DNA from: Macrostomum lignano
Taxonomy: Eukaryota
Length of the DNA stretch: 64,000 bases
Direction of reading: 5' to 3'
NCBI GenBank assembly: GCA_002269645.1
Contig: NIVC01003224.1
Coordinates: forward strand, 1-64,000
Below the pieces are notes generated by a model. The model made no database searches. It worked only from the letters and a program-made list of their open reading frames with translations, and was not told the origin of the DNA. The translations under genes were made by a program, and so were the position numbers. This document shows, piece by piece, positions 35,236 through 48,400 of the stretch. How positions within the stretch are numbered: position 1 is the stretch's first letter; each line of letters begins with the position of its first letter.

Positions 35236-36428
35236 AGAGAGGGCTGAGAAGAGACGCAAACCTTGAGCGGGGCGCATTGCTATTGTGAAGTTTCAAAGGA
35301 CCCGAGGGCCGGATAGAGAGGCTTTGCGGGCCGGAGTCTGCCAACCCCTGACATAGTGTTCGCAAACAAGAGTTTTAATTGTTTTTACTGACGTGTCGTG
35401 AGTTGCGAGCGTAAACAAAAGTTAAAAAAAAGATTTTAAGCCAGGTTATAAGCAGCATACTCAAAAGCAGCCCATAGCTTATGTACATGTTCTATTATAG
35501 GTAGGTTGCATTAAGAATGAGGACAAGGTGTTTTTTTGTTTAATCCTAAGAGAAAATCATTTTCAATTGTCTTGATTTGCAACTGCCATTTTCTGCTTTG
35601 CGCTGTTTCCGAGCCCATAGCTTCGATTTCTCCTTAAATTTAATGCAGAAATCTAAATATTTAATTACTATAAGCGCGAGATACGAACTAGTTTAATCTA
35701 CAGTACCAATCTAGTTATATGGTTGAGCAAATACGACCGTAAATCACGATCCGTGTTGATCTTTAAAGTGCGTCTTAGATATTTTTAATGTCTTTCGAAT
35801 CCAATCGGTCATTTATTTCTCTTACTATGCCATATAATACGGTATTTCCGGGCTTTTTCTATTCTATAACAGATTTCAAGGGAAAGGGAAATGCCGGATC
35901 TCATATCTACCAATATATTACGGTTGATCGATGGTCTGACCAGCCAGAAAATTATAATTCAGCACCCCAAGTAAATGGACATGCAAAATAGATTCCATAG
36001 CTGACGAATTTAGAAACAGCTGTGAAGGTGTGTTAAATACGCTCGTAACAATAAGTAGAAAACCCGTGTTTAATTATCTAAGGGCAACTCCTTGCTTGCT
36101 TTATAGTTGGTGCAAAGAAGTACTGCACAGTTATGTATTGTTACAAAGCTTTCCGCAACAGTCGTAGCATCAAACAAGCAACTACTAGAAATTGACATAT
36201 GAATGGAAAACATGCGCACAAATGCTTAATTACAGTTAATTATACTGCAAATAAAGTTAGACAGGCTGGTTAAAATTTTTAAACAAACAAAAATGCGTTT
36301 AGTTTTACAATATTGAATATTTAACACTAACAGTATGATAAACAATAGGGATTAATGTTATTATCAGTGTGACTGCCAAATAAAATGGTTAATTAGTGTC
36401 ACAAACTTGCAGATTCATATATGCACCG

Positions 36429-39400
36429 CTAAGCCTGCTGGGATGCCAGCCTGGGGTCCGGCGGCTCGTAGCTGCCAGACGTCATAAAAACGTCCATGTT
36501 TCGCTCCAGGAAGCTGAAATTACAGGTGCAACAGAATTAATAACTGAGCAAAACATACCTGCCTAAATGTAGTGATGTAGCACTATTTGTTTCTCAAGTC
36601 AATTGCTGCGGCAATTCTGCAGAGTTCACCTGACTCCTGAGCACCTGCATTGTAGGGGTTGCAGCCTAATGGTCAGAGCGTCGGACTCACGACTTGAAGG
36701 TCGGGGGTTCGATTCCCGATCCCACTCGAAGAACAATTTGTGTCCTTAAGCAAGACACTTAACTCTGTGCATTGCTTCAGCTCACCCAGCTGTAAAATGG
36801 GTGCCAGCATTGGCTGGGGTAATTGAGGGTGAATATGGCGACCCTCCAGTCCTTGGACTGAACAGCCGTACGCAGCCTTCAGATGCGCCGCGCAATAGCT
36901 GCGGCTGAGCTGTCGGTTGCCCATCTGGCCATTAGAGCAGGTGTAATCAATATTAGTAAGTAGGAGCTGCTGCAGTGTACATGTACACCCGAATATTCAC
37001 GCCTGATGTTCGGAAGACGAACATCGGAAGACGCCCGAGGTTCCGATATATTCAATAATCTTTGCATTATCCCGAAATCCAGCCGACTAAATCCGATAAT
37101 CTTTATGGCGATGTCGTACTTAAAGCAGGCACTGGATTAACACCGAGAGAGAGCTGGATTTACAAGCGCAGGATAAGATAAACATGCTCGAATATGGTGT
37201 TGGTCTGGTGTGGAGCAACTCAGCGGTAAGCCCGTCCACCCATATGCAATTCACACCCATATGAGGGTCATGCCACTTCCATGAGACACAACAATTAGAA
37301 AGTCAAAGGGCCGTTGTACACCGTCTGAGTGTATGAGTGAGTATGAGCGTCTGTACTCAGGATGCGTTCTCTAGACAAATTCCAGGCTTTACAGGTCATT
37401 TCTAAGAAAAACCAGTGTAGCAAGCGTCTACTGCAGCTGTCCATGAATCAGACTGGGAGACATTCTCCCCCCCCCTAGAGGAGCAACTTGATCCAGACTT
37501 AAATATCTAAAGGCAATTTTTTCCTAATGCATATAATAATCCAGCTGCAATAGACTACTCACAGTAGAAAAGCGTCGCAATAATCCAACAGCGTATTCAA
37601 GCACTTCAAATCCAGTTTAGTATGCGATAACAGATCGCCCAGTCGGACAAACAGCCTCAGCAGATGCATGCAGCCGTACAGACTGGCTGGCATCGCCGTT
37701 CTGTGACTCTTCAACAGAGAAGAGAACTGCTGTCGCTCATTGCTGTACAGCAGTTGACTGTTCAGCACCGTGTTGAAGTAGCTCTGCAGGCCGGCTACGA
37801 ATTCGGACAAGCGTTCTCGTTCCAGCTCGTCAGCATTGCTGATGGCCGATTGGGTGGTCACGAATCGGCCGAGAATGCCGGACACCTGGGCGAAATTGAC
37901 AGATACTAATGGTGAATCTGGCAGTTTGACACACTTGAATACAGGGAGTAGCAGATTCAGATGGCAGTTTGACACACTTGAATACAGAGAGTAGCAGATT
38001 CAGATGGCAGTTTGACACACTTGAATACAGGGAGTAGCAGATTCAGATGACAGTTTGAATACTAAGAATGGCAGATTCAGACGGCAGATTGAATGCTGAG
38101 AGTGGCAGATTCAGACGGCAGATTGAATGCTGAGAATAGCAGATTCAGACGGTAGATTGAATGCTGAGAGTGGCAGATTCAGACGGCAGATTGAATGCTG
38201 AGAATAGCAGATTCAGACGGCAGATTGAATACTGAGAGTGGCAGATTCAGACGGCAGATTGAATGCTGAGAATGGCAGATTCAGACGGTAGTTTGATAGA
38301 CTTCAAAAATCAAATTAAAAGCCAACCGTTTGCGAAGGCGGAGGCGGCAGGGCCAGCAGTCGTTTCTGCTTGCAGACCAGATCCGCATCATCGGCCAGCC
38401 ACAGCTTCAGCGGCCTGGACAGTTCAATCTGAATGCGCAGTCGTTTGCCGGTGCCGCCGCCAAAAGCGCCTCCCGTACCACTGGATTCGGACGCTGAGGC
38501 ATCCGGATCGGCCACGGCAGAGGACAGAGACTCTCTGGCCGAGCGCTTGCTTGTTGTTGATGCGGCCGCAGCTGGAGGTGGAAGCGGCGGCGGCGGAGGC
38601 AGCTGCTTTGACAGCGGCTGCTGCTTTGGCGGTGGCTGCTTCGGCGGCTGCGAACTGGACGATGAAGCGGAGGCAGCTCCATCGTTGCTCGCAGCTTCCT
38701 CTAGCCGGCGAAGCGCCTCTGGCGGCGGATACTCCTGATTGAGCAGGTCAGACTTGCGCAGACCTTTGACTTTCTTGCCTGGCTTTGAATAGAACTCTTT
38801 TAATTCTTTCTGCTTCTGCAGGCCGACCGCGTTGAATTTCATAATGCGAGCGTCGCCGACCCATTCGTCCCAGCTGCGCAATTGGCGAGATTGACAGTTT
38901 GACAGGGCCTGCTTGGCAGCTATGTGTTCAACCTGTGAGTTACCCTTTAAGACCCTTAGAAGAGCTCAGAGCCGCACTACACCTAATTCAACAGGAGCAA
39001 CTAAAATCATTATACATAGTTACAGAAGACAGCTAACAGAAGAATGCTGAGATGACAAGACTTGGAGGAATGGCCAAGATTTCAAGGCTTACAGGGGGAA
39101 TTGCTGAGATGTCAAGGCTTACTGGGGGAATTGCTGAGATGTCAAGGCTTACAGGGGGAATTGCTGAGATGTCAAGGCTTACTGGGGGAATTGCTGAGAT
39201 GTCAAGGCTTACAGGGGGAATTGCTGAGATGTCAAGGCTTACTGGGGGAATTGCTGAGATGTCAAGGCTTACTGGGGGAATTGCTGAGATGTCAAGGCTT
39301 ACAGGGGGAATTGCTGAGATGTCAAGGCTTACTGGGGGAATTGCTGAGATGTCAAGGCTTACAGGGAATTGCTGAGATGTCAAGGCTTACAGGGGGAATT

Positions 39401-42400
39401 GCTGAGATGTCAAGGCTTACAGGGAATTGCTGAGATGTCAAGGCTTACTAGGGAAATTGCCGAGATGGCAAGGCTTACTGGGGGAATTGCTGAGATGTCA
39501 AGGCTTACTGGGGGAATTGCTGAGATGTCAAGGCTTACAGGGGGAATTGCTGAGATGTCAAGGCTTACAGGGAATTGCTGAGATGTCAAGGCTTACTAGG
39601 GAAATTGCCGAGATGGCAAGGCTTACTGGGGGAATTGCTGAGCTTATTGCAAGGAGAAGCTAAATGTGAGTTTAATAAAAAAATTGTATTCCATTCTTAA
39701 ATATAATGAAGAAGAACAGTTAAAAATGTACTTCAAATAATCATAACTTACTTCTTATTCCAGCCTTGATAATGCACAAAGTACTTAATGTGACCATCTT
39801 TGACATCAACACTGAGGCACTGAAAAAATGTTTAAGCATTCAACTTAAAATCATATTTATGGAGCAATACATACAAAAATATCAATAAAAATGCTCACCT
39901 TAGCTTCATATAAAAGTGGTCCATGAAAGCATAGAATTTTTTCTCCTAAAATTATATTTTAAGAGAGAAATTGTTAGCAAACAAAGTCATTATATTTCTT
40001 TCATTTAAGACATATACACACAAAATAATTACTAAACTAGTATATATTCTACAAGTTACAAGCTATAATATGACAAATATTCTTTCTACCATTTAAGAAA
40101 CAATGTTCATTGGCACTATAAAGAAAAATCTATGTAAATATAATATACTACTGCAAAGACATTTTGGGTACTTTATATGCTATAAACTATAGTGTTCTGC
40201 TATAAGGGGGTCCATGTGCTGTAGCCAAAGCCATAAGCAAAACTATGGCTTATTCAAATTCTCCATACTCTATAGCTGTAGGGACTCCCATATTACCATA
40301 TTCTTGTAGTTCCAGTAGCTGTAGCCATAGTTTTAACAAAAAGTCTAGGAAACAAAATATTTTGAATCAAGAAGATAACCAGACTCCAGAGGGTTTGTAT
40401 AGTACTACTACAGAAAATTTGTATAGTCTAGAAAGTCAGTGATAAACTTTTTGCTTCTTTAACATTAATAATAAATAAAATTAGTATAAATTATTGTTAA
40501 GAATTTACATTTTGCAAATAACTCTATTTCTGTAGGTTTAATTCAAGTTTGTTTAAAATGAAAATATTTGTAACATTTTAAAGACTTTTCATACAAAAGC
40601 CTTTCTTAGGAAACTCTACTTATAAAAACTGAATGACCTTTTTAGGTGGAATTTTTGGCATACATTTAAGGGAAAGTTTTTGCTTTTTGCATACACTGGT
40701 ATACATTTAGCTAAGATAGGATTTTTTGTTCCAGCATATACTACTACATGATCCAGAGGCTTTCATAAATATATGACCAATGGCGCATGACCAAGATAGC
40801 CATATACCAAGAAAGCCACAGCTCTAAATGTCTAAATAGATAATAATAAGCCTATGTCTATATATTTCACTCATTTCCTATTGGTAGTAACTTGTTTTAA
40901 TTATAGATCTTTAAGTCTTAGAGAGATAGATGCTATAATGGAATTATATTACATGATATAATCACTCCCTTTGGCTTTCGCTTTTATTTTAGACTAACAT
41001 ATAGATATTTAACAACTAAATAAAGTAAATAGCCTAGCACAAAATAAATACTTTGTTGAATATTCTGATAAACTGATAGTGACAGATTGGGTAGATATAA
41101 TGATAGAGAATAAATTGACACAAACAGTAAAAAAGATAACATTTTTGTATTATGGGTACTTAGTTTCAAATCTTTTATTGTGTTAGTATTTATGAGTATT
41201 ATTGATTAAAAATAATAATTAATATAACAATAACTATTAAGTTGCTGATTAATGGTAGAAAGAGTAAATATAATTGAGATTCAATGTCATACATGTGCAA
41301 TAGTTGGCCAAGTTGGCCAATTTGGCTGATCAATTTGGCAGCCAACCAAGGAAGTTGCAAAAATGCCCACCCCAAAAATATCAAAGTAGTAGTACTAAGT
41401 AGCTGACAAGACATTTTGACTCGATAAGACAGTCATAGTTACTCCTGCCGTTTACCCAAAGTTGCGTTAATTTTGTGTTAGGTTTTTTACATGTAAGTTG
41501 CATTTTTGGCCAAAAACTATGTCGCATTTTGGAGGTTGCGCATGTATGTTCAATGTTGTGGCCATCTTGGCCTTATACTAGTGTTCTGCCATATGGAGGG
41601 TCCATGTACTATAGCCATAGCCATAAGCAAAACTATGGCTTATTCCAATTCTCCATATTCTGTAGCTGTAGGGACCCCAATATAACAATATTCCTGTAGG
41701 TAAAAAAATAAAAGAAACACTCAATTGCCTTTGTAAGATTATATTTCATCTTTTTTTAGAGCAACAATACTTAATCATTATTGAAACGTATGAAAGTACT
41801 AATGCTGAACTTTTTCACATTAATAAAAATTAGAGTTTGCTAGTGTTCTATTATACTTTTTTAGGTATATTTTAAAGGTTTCTAAGTTGATAATACAGTT
41901 TACTAGAAGTATCTTTGTTTTACTCTACCTATTTCTAATATTTTTTCAATTTTTTAACATTAATAACTATGGCTATGGGAATCTATGGAATGTGACAACA
42001 ACTACCATATTTCTGTAGTCATAGCCGTAAGAGCAGCTAGCTACTGTAGGCATATCCATAGCTGCTGTAGGCACCTATTTTACCATATTTGCCATGAGAT
42101 CCTATAGCCATAGCTATGGCTGTGGCAAAACACTACCTTATACCCATAGTCCGGATCATGTTGGGTGCAAGCCTGAACAAAAATTGAATAATTACAAATG
42201 CACGCCAGAAAATATGTAGTGCATGCCCATTCTCAAAAATATGCGATGTTGCAATAATAAATGACCTTTTTTATGTTGTGACAATAAAATCATTTTTAAA
42301 CTGCATAATAGACCCTTATTAACAGATAATTTGGTTGCTTTTTATGCTTTTTCAGCAATACTATTTTATGGTGGAAAATTTATACACGCAAAAATTTGTT

Positions 42401-45400
42401 TAAATGCCTTTTTATGAGCTTAAAAAACTAGAAAGCTTGAAATTTGCACTTAAAAATAAACTTTTTCATTTTTTTCTACTTCACAATAACTTTTACACAT
42501 TATAAAGTGCACGCCAGGTGTGCACGCATACTCTCTTCTCAGGAGTGATGCACACCAATTATGCACGCCTAATTTTGGCATACAAGGCCAATGCACGCCC
42601 GAATTTTTGGGCATATGTACTACATGATCTGGAGTGTGGCCTTATACCAATCTGAACCCTAGGAAGATAACCTAGTGCTTAAATAACTACAAATTAAGAT
42701 AGAAAAAAACAAGCATCCCATTGCCTTTGAAAGATTATACTTCATCCTTTTGGCTTTTTATAGAGTAATAATACTTTGTAGCATACTTTAATAACTTTCT
42801 CGAAATTTTGTTAGATTTCTAAAAGTCAAAAACATTTTTATTTCTAGAAACTTCTTCAAGTTAGCATCTTATCTATAACATACGCATATAAATAGTAGAT
42901 AATTATTTATTACTTAACTGTTAATATTCTACTCGTATTTGTGTAACATATAACTTTAAGTTTTTAATTGCTTTGTTAAGATGCGCTCAATCTTTCTAGA
43001 AATTTCTGGAAGACAGTTACAAATCTATAAATATATGGCAACGGCAGTGACATGAATCACTCTCTCCCCTTGTTTTCTCTTCGATCTGATTTCTGTTGAT
43101 AAACTACCAAATGAACCACTGCCTTGCTCTTAGTCAATAACAAAATTAAAGAAAAACCTACAACTTAATCACTATTGTCGTATTGAGAATCTAAAACCTT
43201 TTCCATACTGATAAAATTTAGAGCTTGCTAGGCCTAGTGTTTTATTATATTTATTAAGTATAATCTATAAGTTTTTAAGTCTATAATACAGTTTACTGAA
43301 GTATCTTTGTTGTAATCTACCCCCTAGATGACAATCTGTTCACACCCGCGTAGCAGATCTGTTTTTAACTTTCATTTCTTAACAGATCTTAGCATCTGCT
43401 ATGTCTTGTAATATCTTGCCAGATGCGGCTAGTATCTGCTCACAATAAGTGCATAAATTTCTTATCCAAATGAGTGTGGAGTATCAGGAATGTATAGAAA
43501 GAAATAATATGACAGTAACAAACATAAAAACACGCTTCAGTTAAGCTTAAAGTGTCATTAATTGCGTCAGTCATATCTGCTTTTTCATGCAAGATATGGA
43601 ACAAAATATGCTGCTTCGTGTCAGATCTTACTTTACAAGGTTTGAAATTAAACATACATATGTTTAAATATATGTTGCCGAAACAAGTTACTCACTTTTT
43701 ATACATTAGATTTTCCTTTCAATAAATAAAAGGGAATAACGGTTAAAGACTTCATCGCAATGAAAAATTTTTTGTTATACCTTAGCTAGTAAGATAGGTA
43801 TGAACAAAGTAATGAAAAACGTGCCTCTCCTTATCTGCAATTATTGACTTGTTGTCCATCTAAAAATAGTATCAGTTGATTGAATATTTCGCATATATAC
43901 CAAAATGTGCTTTAGATTTAATCTTTAAATCGGTAAGGATCATTAGGAATTAGGTAGAATACCTTTAAAGTTTAGAGGTTAGGTCTAACTTGTCTCTCAT
44001 ATATTCCATCATTCTTAGGCTAATGCAATAATAATGGCAATGTCAAAATGATGAAAAAGCCATGACAACTGACAAATTATATCAGACAACATGTCCATAG
44101 GTATAATGTTATTGTTTGAATGAAAAAATAAGGTCTTTCAACTTATAAATTATATATAATATCCAGTTATTTAGCTATTTACCTATTATTCATTAACTTC
44201 TCTACTAACCAAGGCCAAGGGACAGGTAGGCCATAGGGTACCCATACATAACCTATTCCCCCTTCCTATGACTCATGGGTCATGGCCATGGGTAGGCCTA
44301 CCCTATTCTATAATCAGACAATGGTACTATACACCCTATAACTGATATTGTCTGTTAGGCCTATTGAGCTATGAATAAATAGGCCCTTCCCTTACTTAGA
44401 CTCTAGTTTATTCTATTTTATAAAAGGCCATACCAAGTGCAGATCTAGAAAACTTTTAAGAAAGGGGCCAAGCTATACCAAACACTACAACCCAATATTG
44501 GAAAATAGGCCTACTTAATAGACCTGGCATAATTATAGTTGTAGACCAAAAAAGGGCTCATGACCAAGACTGCCATACACCAAGACTGCCACAGCTCTAA
44601 CTGGCTAATGGAATTGACACTGAGGGGGAGCTATTATCTTCCTGCATTGCTATTGCCATATTGGTTGTGATGGGTTATAGAGTTAGATAAGAGGAAATAT
44701 CCTAAGATTGGTTACTAATAAGGCAAATAAGTGGCCCAAAATGGTTGCAAGTCAACCAAGGCAATTTTAACAATATGCCTAGGCCTATCTTATAGTTCCT
44801 TTACAATTCAAATTGAATAAAAAAAATGAGGAGCCTGGCTTATTTACCCACTTGGCCCATTTACTAGTTTCTTTCTTGTAGCCTTGTCTTATTGGCTCTC
44901 TCCATCTTACCCTTTCTCAGCATCATCCAATAACATGGCAAGCCAAATTCCTCCCCCTAGCTCCCCCAAGTATGGCAGTCTTTGTGTGGCAGTCTTGGTC
45001 CTATACCCCAAAAAGTATGAAAAAAAATTTTTGGTTGCGGCTCTATATTTGCCACTGGGCCATACTCTGAAAAGTGGGTGTTTCTAACTTTAAACTACAT
45101 GGTTCATTGATAATTATATTATGTTTGATTTTGTTTGCTGTTATTATTAGTAATACACTATTTAGACAATGCTATATATAGACTATGTATATAGTATAGA
45201 TAGTATACTGGTCTAATCCATAAGCTAGCTAAGTAAGATCATGGATTATAAAGATTATCCAGAGATCATGAGGTCATGATTTAAATAGAAAATGCATGTT
45301 TATAAGCATATTACCCTTAGTCCTTAAGCTTATGAAATATGCATAATAGTAGTCATGATTATGAGTATCTTTATAAAATATTCTTCAAACTCAGTAATAA

Positions 45401-48400
45401 TTTTTTTGATCACAATTATATTTTAATCTGAAGTCTAAACTTAAATTTCCAGGTGCAAATTTTCTATTTAATTTAGAAAGAATATGGAAACTGGTGATCA
45501 TTCAAGCCAAAGTCCAAGGGCTAAAAGGCTACGCAGACCAGCAAGCCAGGATTACTTTGGCTTGGAAAGGCAAAGGCAGCAAAATGTGTTTGTTTTGTTA
45601 TGGTACAACAAAACCAATTCCTATAGTGAGGCCTTGTCTCAATAATGTTATGTTTTCCAAGGTAAGTTATGCAAATATTTTTAATATGTTGTTAAAATGG
45701 TTATATATATGCATTTGTCTTTAGTCTGGTCCTTAAGTTTTTAAATATAATGGTAGCTTATAATGTAGGGCTAGGTTGTTTACTTAAATTACTTTAGACT
45801 TTGTATTTATTATTTATGTATATTTTTATGATAGTGTACCTTGGAAAATATTTTTATAGTGTTTTTGGTAATGACTTTGTGGTCAACAACATATTAATAA
45901 ACACCTTGTTATTTTGCTAACAAAGGCTTGCTATGCTAGCCTTTGTCCCTTTTCTACTATTATCTTTCCATATTTGCAGTAATGGACAAGTTAGCCAGAA
46001 AAGAGCTATTTTTTGAAAAATTGGAGTTTTTTGTTATCAAGAAAGTTAGTTTCTTGAGTTTAAGTTTAAATGTTTAATGTTTTTTATTTTAAAAAAAATT
46101 ATCTTTTCAAGATAACTTTTATCAACTAGTCATTGCCTATCACTGCTCAGGCTGCTGTATTGAATTATAAATCACATCTCCAATGCTTTATTCTTTAACA
46201 ATCATCAAGTTAAGGATTATACTAAAACTGGTAGAATATAAGTATATCCCAAAAGTAATAGCTTACTAAGTCTAACTGGCAATCCAATATAATTCCATTT
46301 TAGTTCTGTGTCCAAGAAAGCTGCCTGGCAAAAGGTAAGCATTAGTTTTGTCTGTTAGTCACTCATTGGAATCAATAATAAAAGTGTGGTGAAGAGCCAT
46401 TTTTGTATATCATTTTTAGTATTTTGAAGAAACAATGAAAATCGGTTGAGCCTTTTGGGAGATAACCAATTCTGTTTGCAAGCTATTTTGCGCCCTTTCA
46501 TGCATCAGCACAGGCTTCACCAGCCGCTAAATATTTTAAGCAAAAATCGTGATGGTAAAAAAAGTTGTAAGAATTCTTTCTCCAATGGAATGCAGGTGTT
46601 CCATACCTATGATAATGCTCGGAAAGGAACGTGCATCAGCTTCATCGTGAATTTTCTAGCGAATCTGTAGGAGTCATCAAGAGCATTGATCACGGGACCC
46701 AGTCTGTCAGAATTTCTCCGATTTTATCAGTAAAAAAGAATAATATGTTTTGTTGTTCACGGCAGCAGTACGAAGACAGTTTTGGATGCGACGACTTTCC
46801 TGTTCCAATTGGTTTGGATTTCCTAAAGTGCTTGCTGGTGGCCGATGATAACCAGGTCTACCTTGTGCCGATTCTGAGCTGCTGCGAACACAATTAGGTA
46901 GCCCATTTATTTGCGCGTGTTTTTTACTTCTGTGTAAAACCAAAGTATATTTTTTCGTAATTAGTACATTAACACTATCTTGAATTTGATCCATTCGGTC
47001 TGTAATAACTTTAGATGTCAGTAAGAATCTACAGAACTTACAACCAATATTAAACCCAATATCTACAGAACTTCATACCCAACTTTGCGCCCCCCTTGGC
47101 AGGTGCACACAGTATGTATGAGCACTGCGGCGACACGGCAGCCCCAGCAGTATGAGCAACCCTAGCAGGTAAGCAGGCAGCGCGCCTACACATTCGTGTC
47201 GTTTTTTCGTTCTCTGATTATGAGTACATTTTTATTTTGCTTACTAGATTAAATTTTGTCTATCTTCAGCCGCTCTGGGTATTACTAGTACAAGCTACAA
47301 GTGCAAAATAATATGTAGTTTAAAAACCTAATATATTGCTTACTTAGCTCTAAAATCCGAATTTCGAAGTAGAAAGTGAATAATATTAGTCTTGTCAGTG
47401 TCACAAATATCTTCATTTCCCTGCCAGATGCCCTGCGTTGCCTACTGTGCATTGGTGCTCAGCCTTCGGTGCCCAGCTGCCTTCGGTGCCCAGCTGCCTT
47501 CGGTGCCCAGCTGCCTTTGGTGCCCAGCTGCCTTCGGTGCCCAGCTGCCTTCGGTGCCCAGCTGCACTCTAACTGTCATTATGCCTAGCCGCCTTTGGTG
47601 AACAGATTTGCGAAACTTAATACTTTAAAAAACTTTTCTAGTTTACTTTTCAAAATACAGTTTTGTAAACAGTTTTTAATGCAGCTATATCAGAATGGGT
47701 TTTTTTAACTAACTGGCATCAAATTAACAGAAAGAAACGGTTGGTAATGCAATATGGCAAAACAGAAATTTCGACGAGCAAAAGTTACTATAGTTACTCT
47801 GATTTTAGAGAAATTTGTTCAACACTTATTCTTGCAGAAGCAATTTGCTCTTAAGATGTGCCGTTCCCTCCCCTCCAAGACACCCGGATTGGGATGAAAT
47901 TAGAAATATTGCCATGAAATTTATATAATTGCCGTAATTGTAATTTTATTTCCACAAAATTAATTAAATTGCAATTTGCTGTGCAATTCACTTGCAATTA
48001 TTGCAATTTTACTCAAATGTTATACTTTCTACTTACAGTAGAATACTTTAAATATTAAATTGGACGAATTGCAATTTGATTGTGAATTTTTACTTTCTAA
48101 ATTTTGTGTTAGCTATAAAGGAAATGAGCCAATGACTATATATGTATGATAGCCTAATTTTGTAAAGATTTGTTTTAGCAACATTTTTAAGGAAAATGTT
48201 TATAATTTAGTTTATATCGCATGCTTGTCAAGATTGCAATTTAATTATAATTTGCTATAATTTTTGCAATGGAATTTTATTGTATTTTGCTGTGTTTGCT
48301 ACTTCATTACGCCTTTATGTTTTTGTGTTCATGCTTTTGTAAATACTATATGCTCTCTGTATGTAAATTATAAATAAAAATTAAATAGTAAAAATGTTTA

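Noticed and set aside
39040-39645. Recursive splice sites in the 30-bp units (CCCAG/GTAAG on the sense strand)
   Set aside because: The sequence is CAGTAAG, sharing the G, not the AG|GT needed for a ratchet point.
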